A program made the translations under genes and the position numbers. Source: Lepidodermella squamata (Eukaryota; Animalia; Gastrotricha). Taken from it: a DNA stretch of 64,000 bases. Shown here in pieces: positions 19,183 through 32,075 of the stretch. Below the pieces are notes generated by a model. That model saw only the letters and a list, made by a program, of their open reading frames with translations, was not told the DNA's origin and did not search any database. Each line of letters starts with the position of its first letter. Position 1 is the first letter of the stretch. The stretch spans positions 3,844,001 through 3,908,000 of the forward strand of contig JBLDXI010000015.1 in assembly GCA_047495785.1 (NCBI GenBank), written 5' to 3'.

Positions 19183-20731
19183 TTAGGCCGACGGCTTAGA
19201 TTCCATGTCTTCTTGCAGCGACGGAACGTAGAGGCGTGGGTCAATTTCTTTCGGAATTGGCTTGATTTCCGTGTTCAGTTCACGCTCAATTTGATGAAGA
19301 GCAGCACTAAAATTGTCAAAAAGTCAGATTATTGTGATTTGAATACCACCGATTTTCTTACCGATCGTCGATAGTGATGAGGTTGATAGCAAGACCAAGA
19401 TGGCCAAAACGGCCCGAACGACCAATACGATGCAGATAGGTTTCGGCATATTTGGGGAAATCGAAGTTGATAACAACGTTCACGTTCTGCACATCGATAC
19501 CACGAGTGATAAGGTCAGAGCACACGAGATGACGCACAGTGCCATCGCGGAACTCCTGGAAGACTCGGTTGCGGTGCTCTTGCTTCATGCGGGCGTGAAT
19601 GTAGTAGCAAGAATAGTGCAACTCAGTGATCTTTTTGGCCAACAATTCGACACGTTGTGTTGAGTTGCAAAAAATGATGGACTGCACAATTTGAAGCTAA
19701 AATAACAAAGGGCTATATAATTCCGATAACCATACTTCGAGGTTCTTACCTTAGAAAACAAAGTATTTAGACAGTGAACCTTCTGTTTTTCTTGAACAAA
19801 GGCATAATATTGCGAGATGCCTTCAAGTGTAAGTTCGTCCATCAAGTTGATTTTTTCCGCGCTCGGGCAGTAGGTTTCGATGAAATCTTTTACTGAGGAA
19901 GGGAAGGTAGCCGAAAAGAGCAGAAGTTGCACCTTTTTGCGGTCGAACATTCTGACGATCTCCAATGCCATGTTTTCGTAGTCTTGGGACAATAACTTGT
20001 CGGCTTCGTCCAAGACAATGTAACGAATCTTGCTCGTATCAACCAAGGGGGCGTGCTGGTTAGTACCGGGCCGCTTGCCATAGGTTAGAAGGTCAAGCAG
20101 ACGGCCAGGAGTACCAACAAGAATGTGAACTGTTTTACGGAGCTTTTGGATGTCGATAGCCAAGTCCGTGCCTCCAGTCGTGACCATGATTTTGAGTCCA
20201 GCGTGTTTCGAAAGGTCGCAGAAAATCTGTGAGGTTTGCAGGGCCAATTCGCGAGTAGGTACCATGATGACAGCTATAAATATTACAATTAGCTACATGA
20301 TAAACAGTGGATTGAAAAAGCCTCACCTTGCGGTTTGTTTTCGTTGACATCACACCCATTAATAACTGGAATAGCAAACGCGCCAGTCTTACCGGTGCCG
20401 TTTTTAGCACGCGCCAGAACATCTTTGCCAGCCAGGGCGAAGGGAATGGCTGCTTCTTGAATGGGCGAAGGATTTTCCCATCCCATCTCGTAGATGCCCA
20501 TCAGCAATTCCCGACTAAGAGCAAAACTTTCGAAGGTTTGACCACGAGTGGCTGTTACATCCTTAGTTTTGTAGCGCTTATCGGCCTCGGGAATCTTCAA
20601 GTTCTTCTTCCAGTCATCACTTAACAAATCATGTTCAATTCAAAACAACTGAAATCTGATCAAAATGGTACTGACCTGTCACCATTCTTAATTTCAAGAC
20701 CGTTCGAAACCGGCAGAACTTCAGTAGCCAT
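19183..20731 (-). CDS. DDX6: DEAD-box RNA helicase DDX6/Me31B/Dhh1/CGH-1. Exons 20731-20676, 20619-20327, 20273-19750, 19696-19362, 19306-19183
   Basis: Contains the Q motif [68 protein letters not shown] and [22 protein letters not shown], and the C-terminus [14 protein letters not shown]. These match the DDX6 family, and the short introns are in frame. Confidence 0.97.
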
Positions 20732-22129
20732 AGTTATGTTTAATTTCCTTTAGAGAATAATGCTAGAAACAAAAAAAAACACGATTACTTTCCTTTCAGT
20801 AGAGATATGAGATAGTATAGAGTAACCCTGCTGGCAGCTATCAGTTGCAAGAAAGAACTGAAGATGAAAACTGCACAAAAGAAAACTCCTGGCCTCGATG
20901 ACAAACAATGGAAAATGATTGGACCTAAAGTCCAATTCAGGCTCTAATTTTTATAGCATTTTCGTGAAAAAATATTATTTTGTTTTGGAAGGTGTGAAAA
21001 ACATAGCGACGCGTCTTTAGTCACCCCCAGTCGGCACAAGTCTCAGTTGGAGCTGTCCATGTGGTTTTAAGGGGTTTAGCCAATTGTGTTTATGAAACTG
21101 TCATTTGCCGATCGGATACGCTGTTGACGGTTGACGGCTTGGCTCTTGAGTATTGGCTCTTATCAGACGCTATTGATTCTCAAATCTATTGGAGATGCTA
21201 TTGGATTGGAACTGGGATATAGATTACATTGCTATAGATTGCTCATGAAACCTGACAAGGGTCATTTCAAATCTTCGGTAAATGTTAGGCATATATCGCT
21301 GGAATGAATCGTCGATGTTAATATCAAAATTCGTTCATCGTCAATTAGTCAACTCTTGTAATTGGTATCTGATTACCTGCATGAATATTGCATGACGAGC
21401 CCAGATATTTATGGCTGGGAGTTTCGGGAGTTCAAATTTAATAGCCTACACACACGGCGTTTGCGCCAATTCGGTTCTATTTGAGACGCTGACTGGCTCG
21501 TTGGCTGGATTGATTCATAAGCCCAACTCCCTTTCGCCTGACGTCTTAGGTATCACTTTGAAATCCAGAACCCGAATCACCGGGTTTTTTTGTGACGCAA
21601 CATAATCCTCGAGTAACTAAGAAAAATAGATTGCGAATATCGCAAGCTAGTAAGGCTAAACCCGCCTCACAGACCTATAGAACTTTACTAAATACCAGCC
21701 TCATGCAATAAGAGCTTTACTCATAAATCTTCGTACAATTTTACCACCGAGCCTTTCATTAAGAAACAAGTGTAGCAATATACATTTGACTCTGCGGTAT
21801 CACCTTTAATCACGGGCGCTAGAACCTGAGTGAAAATACGTTCAGCAGATCACATTCTATCACACTGCCATATTCTTGATGATTATTTCTGATGGAAATA
21901 CTATGTTACTTCTTAGATGTAGCAACATCAGACAAGACAAGCATACGTATGCATTTTTGTTCTTCTCGGCCTCGCATTTTTCCAACGATGCTAAGAATTT
22001 ATCGATGCCTCTCCAATTTGGAGAGTCGTCCTCCCGCTATGAAGAACATGTTGCTCTATTGGATGCTACTCTATATCGAATGAAATTTTGTTTTAATTCT
22101 CATATTGACCTTAGAGATTTACCAGAAAA

Positions 22130-23747
22130 ATGGCACTGCATTCTATGCCGATAATTTATTTCAACTTGTGTGGTGAGATGATGTATGTTCTTGAGCAACG
22201 ATTGAAAGCCCAAAGTATTCCGATCGAAAAGACACAGAAAGGTTTGTTAGAAAAATTCAATGCACAATGTGATGATGGCTATTTTATCTTATATTGCAAC
22301 AGTTCTCACTGACATTATTGCTACTATGCTTGGAAAAAAATTTGTTGCTGAACTGTTTCAGCCACAGGAGATTTTCACACGAAGTGGGTTCTACACTTTG
22401 TTCAGCAAACTTGCTCACACTTCGATTATGCGGCTCAATACGACTAGCATGGACCGAGTAATTTTGCGCTAACTAACGTTAATAATTAAGACCTTATTTT
22501 CGATTTTAGCTGTTCGACCTCATGATAATGGCTTCTAAACAGCAAATTATGGGCTGTCTTGATCCGACCGAACTTCTCTACATCACGTTCAATCATTTGG
22601 ATGGATTGCGCGCGATGACAGTCACACAGCCGGCGATTGATCTTGTCACTTACGCACATTCCAGCTTTGTCACAGTTTGTTTTAATTACTCCTGAGGTAG
22701 TTCAATGACAACTTTTGTTTATCAGTACTACAGTCCGATGAGCTACGGGGAAATGTGGCAAGTGCGGCAGGCGCTGCTTACATATTTTCAGGATGTCAAC
22801 ATCAAGGTGATAATTTAATTAATAAAATGATGGCCGAAATTAACTGGCCGATCTCATTCAAGGTTGCCCTGTTCTTGCGAGAGGGAGTCCAAACAAACAA
22901 CGGAAAATTTGCTCTGCCGTTCAGCTACGAGTACGCCGAACCATTTGAAGCGCCTGGTTTGATAAGGTATAAACTATTTTCATTCCCGACCATGTTGAAT
23001 AATTACATCGTTATTTTAGACACGTTAAAACCGGTAAAACATCCACCTTTGACGTCCCAAAAGAACTAAAGTTGATCAAACGCAACCGTTCAACCAATAT
23101 TGGCGATCCGCGTGGTACAAAGTTGGGCTTGAACATGTAAGTTGGAACCGATTCAACTGCCTGTTGATTGTTTTATTGACTTCGAAGGTACAACACTGAA
23201 AACAACGTATTTGGGGAGCGGAAGGTCGAAGCTACCCCAGTGAAATGTAATTTCTAACGCTTTTTACAAACAACTTAATTTATTTATTTCGATTCAGCTG
23301 CTGCTCCTGCCGATGAGTTCGCGTTTGCGACAAGATCTGACAGCAATTTGGGCGAAAAATCCGAGAAAGACCTCAGTTTAGATAGCCAGCTGAGCATTAT
23401 GCTGAAACTGCTCGGCACGAAGGACAATGCTGCTGACTCGGTCGATTCGAGCAAATACCTCAAACTCAACTTATTTGATCATAGTCGCGATGAGTAAGAC
23501 GATAAAAATGGCTTGATTTTTGTAAATCAGATATTTTTTCAGCGAATGGATGAAATCTGCTGAATCGCAAGCAGCCTCAGAGCAAGCGAAACGTGAGAAA
23601 ATGATTAACCTGGATGCTTCAAAGCTGAAAAAGCCCCCAGAACTTCAAAGGCTAATTGATGATTTCAGCCGAACCAATACCCGAGGCTCAACCGGTAGCA
23701 AATCAGCTGGAGCCGATTTGCTGGAACTGCTGGATAGCGCAACTTAA
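22130..23747 (+). CDS. OSCP1: OSCP1 (organic solute carrier partner 1/NOR1) homologue, multi-exon
   Basis: The N-terminus MPIIYFNLCGEMMYVLEQRLKAQSIP, the internal KLAHTSIMRLNTTSMDR|LFDLMIMASKQQ, VALFLREGVQTNNGKF and RGTKLGLNMY, and the C-terminal ADLLELLD all match the OSCP1 family. About 9 short GT-AG introns. Confidence 0.9.
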
Positions 23748-24884
23748 CCTCGAAATAACTCTTCAACAAAAGATCTCAAATATTTGCGCATCATTAATTT
23801 TATTCGGATATTTAAAATGAGGCAATTTTATGTAAAATGAACTGCTTGTGGTCAAGTGAGCGCCATGTCCGCTGCTCATCAGTGTTGTAATAATTGGCAA
23901 AAATATGTTGTATCGTGACGATATTTCACCACCTGTGCGCAACTGTTTTTTGCGTTGAAAACCAGTTGTAAAAATAAAAAAGCGAGTGTTTTATTCGGAC
24001 GAACCGGGCCTTTTTTTCCTGTAAAATTAGTACTTTACAACAAGATTCCACTGTCGGTTTTTCACCGTGATACACTGTGCAAGCAACATTTAATTAATAG
24101 GAGTAAATATTTACTGGCGCCTAATTATACCGGCCGAAATCCAAGATCCCGTTTATACCGAAAATTGTTGTTATTTACTGTTTTTTTTTCAAGTATAACG
24201 ACTGGCACGCATATGCTTTCGTCTCGCGCGTGCTACGCGATGAACTCGAATGTAAATAAGCTCTAATTAATTAGGAAAAGTTACCAAAGACGTTACGTGC
24301 TTTAGTCTCTTGAAATGGCTTTAGCGCCTTCGCCTCGTACCTACACTTGGTAATAAAAAAAGCGTGCAATAAACAAACACGTTTAACACACGAGGCCTGT
24401 GCTTTCATCCCGGTCGTTGAGGAGCAAGTGCGGAGAAGTTAAGTGTTCGACCACCGGCTTTTTATTATCTCTTTATTCCTTTTTTATTATACTCGCCCCC
24501 CATAATGATCGGTCATCTCGTCGCCCCCATAGCGCGCGCGCTTTCACCCACCACCTATAACACAGGTCATTAAAAACGCGAGAAAAAACTCGCGATATAA
24601 TTTATACAATTACAGCTGTGACCTTTAATAACACACACATGCAGCTTAAAAGAACACCGGCAGAAATAAGGTGCGCGCGCGGTGATATATCTAACGCGGG
24701 GTGTGATCATGCGTCAAATTGTCTATTAAAAATATTGCTCAAAAACAGGCGCCTACAAAGCGCGTGCACCTGCCGCCAGCCTTGATATTACATTCACTTG
24801 TCACGTTATTATTGTTGTCTTGTTTTGCACAATCTCAATTAGCCATCCTCGATTGAAGCAATTTATCTTTCTTGACATTTCAGA

Positions 24885-27800
24885 ATGGGCCGGGTTATTT
24901 TTTTAAAGTTGGCTGCCCTACTACTACTATCAGCAGCGCTCACGAACGGCCAAGGTCAGATTTTTTAATTAAAAATAATTAATTAAGGCGTAACCGATTG
25001 GATCCCATTTCAGTATGTCAAACTGACGTTCCACCAGATTCTGCTGCTCAATGGCTGCTATGGAAGCTGCCGAGCTCATTCATGCAGATATTTAGGACAC
25101 AAAGAATTACATGCGCTGGCTATGTTAACGTAAGCTTCGATTATCAACGTATTGAGCGGCCTAAAAATTAATGGTTAATTTTGTAGCAATGGCTCTTCAG
25201 GGCTTCAAACGTTAAAAACGGCCGATTTCCTATATTTTCCGTCTGGGAACAAATTCCTGTTGCAAATGGGAAATATGTGTTCAACATTGTGGGAACTTCT
25301 ACTGTGAAGCAGCAATTGTTGGAATCGCAAGGTGCCGATTGGTACCGTTACCGTGTTCCGGTCGAGGAGCAATTTCCCGTCGATCCAACACGTGAACAAT
25401 TCATTGGCGTGCTATTCGATCAAATTTATACCGGAGCTGATTTTGTCTCAATTTACTACATGTCGCCGCCTGTTTCTCTTACAAAGAGTGTTTCGTATGA
25501 TTCATGGCCTAATTCTACCATTGTCGCGTTCATGGGATTGACGGATATCATTGGCAATATGACGTTGAATGGTGGACCACTCCCCTATAACAGCGCTTAT
25601 ATGAGCCACGACTTACGATTCCCATTCCTTCAAGCAACCATTGGTAATTTTTTTAGGTTTTTTTTTAATTTGCAAGCGTAGGATCCCAGTTTTCAGCATG
25701 CATGAATCATAAATTTGTTAAATAATTAAGTTTAATTGGGACATTTTCGGGTTTGTTTTGATGCTATGGATTTGATTTTTTCTTGAAAAAAGTCGGACGA
25801 CGTAAGAAGAAGCGTCGCCCGGGTTCGGAGGAAGCAGCTAATGATACAACGACCACCACCTTAACTACGGAACTTGTACCGATTTCGGCTGCCCCTCGAG
25901 CGAGGCGAAAGAAAGCGTTGGAGGGCGGCACGGAAGTTGACCTTCCCGCGCCTTGGCCTTTACCCGGAACGCCTGTTCGACCGCGAATTCCTTACAGCCG
26001 CTACTTGACCACTATTGAGCCGAACGTGGAAGCCACCTTATTTTTCCCACTACCAGCGACTCCTAGGCGGCCTCGAATTCCTATCAGTCGCGTATTAACA
26101 ACGCCCAGTGCGATTTTTAATAGCGAGAAACCGCTCGAGTGGCCGATCCCGAAAAATCCAGATTTCAATAATGATTACGGGAATTTCAAGATCGAGGGCG
26201 AATATCCTGATCTTCCGCCACCGTGGCCATTACGATCTAGTCAGAAACCTCAGATGTCCACCTATATCAATGAGTTCGACTACGGCGATCGCTATCCGGA
26301 TTTGCCATTGCCGTTTCCGACTCCAAACACGCCGAAGCCGGCTGTTACGTACGTTAACGTATTGGACTATGGCGATATGTACCCGGATGTACCTCCGCCC
26401 TATCCCTTGCCCAATACCCCACGGCTGCTCTCTACAAGCGGCCCGTTTCGCGTGGTTAAAACGACAATCACTCGTCCACCATGGCCGGTTCCGAATGTCC
26501 CGATTACGCTACAGACAGAACCGGCGGCTACAACTACGACAACAACGCCGAAACCACCAAGGCGAACCATGACACGAAGGGTGACTACAACGCCATGGCG
26601 GTATATACCGCAACTCGTGCCGCTGAAATGCGTAAATTCAGCGCGATGCCCGCTATTTCCGGTACTGCGCGAGGCCCTCGAACAACTCATGTGTGGCTTC
26701 CCGTCGCAATGCAAAGGCCGCTATACCGAGTCGCCGCTCGAGTACTATGACGATGATGTTGATAACGGTAGCGTTAAAAAAAGAATGCCGGCTACGATGC
26801 ACTCTACTCACGTGCTCTGTTTCAAATCGCATGGTTTTTTCCTCACACACCATACAAACACTGCTGTGATTTCTATAGGCCAGCATACCTATATCTGTCA
26901 GATTGATTTCTTACTCTGCCTTGACCTATCCTAAATCCTATTTTATGGTTGAAATTCCTTCCTAATTTTACATTTAATTTTCCCAGGCCCATTGCCAACT
27001 ACGACAACTACCTCAACGACAACAACAACAACAACAACAACAACCACCACAACGACCACCACAACCACACCACGTGAGTGTTTAATTCCAATTTATCAAG
27101 TTTTTGCCTGTTAAATGTTTAAAACGTTCCGTTTAAAATTTCATTTCATTTTTCAGCCACAAGTAAGTCTCTTAATGTCTCGAAAGTCTTCATTTGATTG
27201 TCCGGTCATCGCTTAAGCTACCACCACTGCCACTACGACAACAACAACCACGGAACCTCCTACAACGCCAAGGAGGCGTCGAACGACTACGACGACGACG
27301 ACCACACCCGCGCCTACAACACCCGAACCTACGCCAGAAACAACACCTGAAAAAACCAGCGTTAGTTTCCGACCGACCCGAAGGCGGTCAACAACAGCGC
27401 CATGTAATTACGATATTTCCAGTATAATTAATCGATTTTAATGTCATTTTATTGCAGATCTGCCGCCTATAACGTGTAGTGCGAAACTGCCTCTGATCGA
27501 AAATGGAATTCAAAAAACGCCAGCCGGCGGGTATCTGGGCGAGGTAGTGCTCTTCGAGTGCGAGTATGGCTTCACTCTAGTCGATTCCGAGTTCGCCATC
27601 TGTAGTCCTAACGGCTGGGTTGCTCTTCCGAAGTGCAGACCTGGCCCAGTTTGTGAGTTGCTGAACTTCTTAAGAGAATGTTCCGAATAACACTTTTTTT
27701 ACCTGAATTTCAGCGTGTTACATGCCACTTCGCGTCGGCACTTGCTCCCAAGTCAACGCAAGATGGTATTTTGACAAATCAGACAAAACTTGCAAGCCAT

Positions 27801-27961
27801 TCTGGTACTCTGGCTGTGGAGGTAATTTTCAAAAAATCAGTAAAATCTGGTGTAAAATTATCTGTTTAACAGGCAATGCCAATCGTTTCGAAACCGCTCA
27901 AGAATGCTACTACAACTGTGGCTATATTCTCGCCGCTGGGTCCGGTAATCAAAGAAAATGA
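24885..27961 (+). CDS. Secreted mosaic protein A: signal peptide, unidentified ~190-aa domain, Pro/Tyr-rich cassette, Thr-rich mucin, Sushi/CCP, Kunitz. Exons 24885-24954, 25014-25129, 25187-25643, 25793-26767, 26987-27073, 27157-27162, 27218-27403, 27458-27652, 27714-27821, 27873-27961
   Basis: Signal peptide MGRVIFLKLAALLLLSAALTNG. Sushi domain CSAKLPLIENG...FECEYGFTLVDSEFAICSPNGWVALPKC. Kunitz domain CYMPLRVGTC...WYFDKSDKTCKPFWYSGCGGNANRFETAQECYYNC. Splice phases are compatible throughout. Confidence 0.85.
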
Positions 27962-29430
27962 GGGACATTAAAAAAAATCAGCCAAGGTTTTGTGAAATCC
28001 AGTGATAGAGGCGTTTTCGAATCCTTGTATTATTGTGCTGCATATTAAGCAAAAAAAATTTCGTTCGAAATTCCACACGATGATTGTGAATATAAAAAAC
28101 ATTTTTTTATGTTTGTCAGCAATTTGCTATTGTTTTATGTTGTATTTATGCCTGTTGTATCAACATGTAAAGAAAATGGATGAAATCTGATTTTGACAAA
28201 TAAAGATTATGAATTTGGCAAGCTGTAATTTAAATTCAAAGGTTTTTTTCTATAATGGCCATCTATAATCTCAGAAGGCTGCTCTTGTTTACAACGCCGC
28301 ACGAGAAAAGGTAGAAAAAAGAGGGTAATTAATAGGTGTGCATAAGATCCTATATCTTAACTACTAGTTTTGTTCAAGATTCAGCTTTCCTTAGTAAATT
28401 TCATGTTGTTTTTGATTTATCACCGTGATGTTAGTTGACCACATCACGGCACAGCAGGCTTGGTCGCGTGAATAGCCAGTTAATGGCCTGCGCGCGACTG
28501 TGATCATCTTTTTATTAATGGCCACTCATTAAGGCGGACTGGTGGGCGGTGGCCGGCTCCATGTTTTCTTTATCACTGCTGGCAACTAAAATATCATTCA
28601 AATAAAACCCAGCTTAAATAATTAATTTATGCCCTAGAAATGAATTTACGACAATAACCCACACTCTAGGTACAAAAAAATCTCCGCCCTAAATAATTAC
28701 CTGATTTTACGCGCATTTTTTTGTTGGACATAGGAACTTGCGATCGAATATAAGGCTTACGATATAACACTCCTGGCAATTAGTATATAGTTCGGAACAT
28801 AGGCATTAAGGAAACTGGTCATAATGGCTAGGTGCCGGTGTCAACGCAAAAAGAGCCGTTGCTAATTTATCACCATTACTCATCATCGTGGAGGCAACAA
28901 CTTTTTCACATAGGTACATTCATAATGAGATAAGCTCGAGCGCTTGTTGAAAGCATGATGTATTACCGGAGAAGATGAGCAGGAATTAACCGTAGATATC
29001 TCGGCCGCAAAAAATGATAGCATAGAAATAACGCGGCTAATAAATAAAATTACCACTATAACAATGTGTAATCGTGATAGAAAAACCACGGATGGGTAAA
29101 CAACGCGAGCGGCTTGAGTCTTCGGTGATTAACTTTGCACTACACCATTGCGCTGGTCACCACCAAGTTCTTACGTTAAGGCTCTCGCGCACCCTGCTTG
29201 TAAAACGTGTTCCGCGTGCTTCGCGAGCCGCTTCATTTAATACTACGTATATGACTTCTTAATACAATTTTTATTATCCTGCCTATTGTCGAGTGTCATC
29301 TCCATCTCAAGTTCACTCGTGGGCGCTGCTACGCCTGCTTTGTGTGTGTTTTAACCGCCGCAACGTTTTGTAATAGTATTCACACATTGTTATTGTGTCG
29401 TTGCTTAGAAAGTAGAAACGTAGCCCTGAA

Positions 29431-31276
29431 ATGGCGGTGAGTCCTACTTAGGTCTCTTTTTTATCATCAATTAAATCTTTTCTTTTATTTCTCGGCCAGG
29501 CAGTGTCGAGATCGCTAGCTCTGGTCTGTTTAGTCTCGCTGGCGATAACATGCGCCAACGCACAGAGTGAGCAAATTTTAAGCTAGATTTTTTACAAATC
29601 GCCGCTTTTTTTCGACTCATCTAGAGTGTAACAGCGTGCCGCCGCCCGATGTCGCGCCTTCTGGCTGGGTTCTGTCGCGAATCAGCGCTGCTTTTTTGCA
29701 AATTTTCCGCGACGTGCGCATCCCATGCACTGGCTACATAACATCATGGCGCTTCAAGTCAAATACGGTTGACAAGAAAATGAAGCCATTTTTGTCCATT
29801 TGGCAGGTCAGTGGGCGCCTCCTCTCGCCCACTCTCACACTTGTCGGCACCAACGCCATCAATGGGCCGTTGAAGTCTTTAGGCCAGGACTGGTATGAGT
29901 ACCAAGTCCCTCCTCAAGACCAGATCTTCGTCGACTCTTCGAAAGACTTATTTCGAGGTAAGAATTATCATAAATATTTAGATAAAAATTAATTTTGATT
30001 TAATTTAGGAATTTTTTACTCCAACACATCGCAAAGCGACTATCTGGCAATTTACTACTTGGACAAATTGCGAATGACTGAAGTAAATTTCGCAACCGCG
30101 GCAGAATCGACAATCGTGGCGTACATGGGCCTCGAGGAGATCATCGCCAACACCATGGCCAATAACATGTCGATGAACTTCGATGCTGCTAAAATGATTT
30201 TCGACATGCGACAGCCTTATCTGCAGGCCTTCATCGGTTAGGAAATTAAATGATTATACGCATGATTTTTTTTTTTCATTTTTTTTCGTTCTAGATAACA
30301 CTGTTCCTATTTTCCCACTGCCTCAGCAAGCCACCAATGTTTCTGGGTCTGATATTCTGCCGTCACCTATTGACTACGTCGACCAACCCCCCGGTATCCC
30401 CGCCGATTCTAATCCGTTTATCGTTTTGATACCATCTACCACTCAAACTTCGAAATTAGGATTGCCATCAAGTACCACGACAACCGCGCCAACTACAACG
30501 ACCTCGAGGGCAACCAGGACAACCCGGACTACGACTACAACCACAACCACACCTGAGCCTACTACTACTACAACTACAACAACCACCCCCCAGCCTCCAC
30601 CACCCAGTGTAAGGACCACCGGTCGTCGCAGGCAAACCACAGCAGCGCCCACTACAGCAGCACCCACCACAGCAGCGCCTACAACTGCGGCGTATAACAG
30701 CGGAAAAGGTGCGTAAAACTGATCCTGTCCGAGTAATATTCGAAATTTTCGAATTATAGTCGTCTGCTTTGTGCCACCGCTTGTTGAAAATGCGGATTCA
30801 ACGACGGACCCAATCGGTTTTGCCGGCGAAAATGTGACATTCAAATGCGAATACGGTTACAAAATGATCGATTCGCCAGTTTATACTTGCAATCCCGACG
30901 GCTCGTGGTCTGGCTCTGGTAATTGCGGCAAAAGTTCAGCAGGTAAAATTCTGTAAAATTACGGCATTCGGTTGAGTTTTTTTGAAGTTTTTTTTCGAAT
31001 TTCCCTAATTTTAGCCATAAATTTAAAATGTATTCTATCTAAAATGTGAATGTAGCTTGTTACCTACCGGGCCCGGCTGCTGGTAACTGCGATATGGTGA
31101 AGCGGAAATGGTTTTTTAACAAGCGGCTCAAGCGTTGCGACTGGTTCTGGTGGGGCGGTTGCGGGGGAACCGCGAATCGTTTCGATACAGAAGAACAGTG
31201 CATGGAATTTTGTGGATTCTTGGTGTACCCAAGTCCGCTATTCATCTACTATAGCATCTATCAGCCAATTTACTAG
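29431..31276 (+). CDS. Secreted mosaic protein B (paralogue of A). Exons 29431-29436, 29500-29566, 29625-29957, 30009-30236, 30295-30708, 30760-30942, 31056-31276
   Basis: Signal peptide MAAVSRSLALVCLVSLAITCANA. Shared domain SAAFLQIFRD...CTGYITSWRFKS...DMRQPYLQAFI, followed by a Thr-rich stalk with TTAAP repeats. Sushi CFVPPLVENA...FKCEYGYKM...TCNPDGSWSGSGNC. Kunitz CYLPGPAAGNC...GGCGGTANRFDTEEQCMEFC. Confidence 0.87.
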
Positions 31277-32075
31277 CCGATGTAATGACTATTTATTTAT
31301 TTGAAAAATTATGTTTTGTAACTTCATGTGCGCGTGTGTGTTAACGTTTTAATCGCAGTTTTCACGTGAAGAAAATTCTTGTAAAAAAAAACATTTTGAT
31401 GATACTGATAAGACCGAAATCGCGAAAGGTCTTCTTGAAATAATGAGAAAAAGTAAAATGACTGCTACAAATGAGCAGCCAAGCGTTGCGATGATGATAG
31501 AGGTCGATTATCACGTTCGTCTTTCATCAGTTTGTACACCGCATATAACACGTGTAAAAACAACTTTTTCAAAAAATCAAGTGTTTTACAACGTTTTTTG
31601 AACGATAACTTGAGGCTATAAAAAGGTGTTCAGTTTATTACTCATCATCAATAGTCTCGCGCCGCTGGACACTTGTTGTATAATGTATGCACGGGGATGA
31701 GCAATTTTGCTAACAGCCACGAGATGAGAAAAGTGGTGAGTTAACGATCGTCGTGGCGACACTCATTTGCCGTTCCAGCCTGCCGTATACATCAACGAAA
31801 AAAACACAAAATAGACATATACATCATGGTTATATTATTATATAAAACGCCGATGAACGCGCACGTGTGCCGAAACCAGCCCCCTTAACCACTAAATGTT
31901 ATGACAAAAACATAGCGGCAACTAGCCGTTTCATCTCGAATTTTAATGGCTCTCGCTTGTATCCATCTTCATCGTAAAACATGATTTTATCTTGCCGCCA
32001 TTACGCTGACCATGCCCTTTAGCACTTAAGTTATTTCTAAGTATTAAGAAAGAGAATCATCACCGCAGCAGATAA

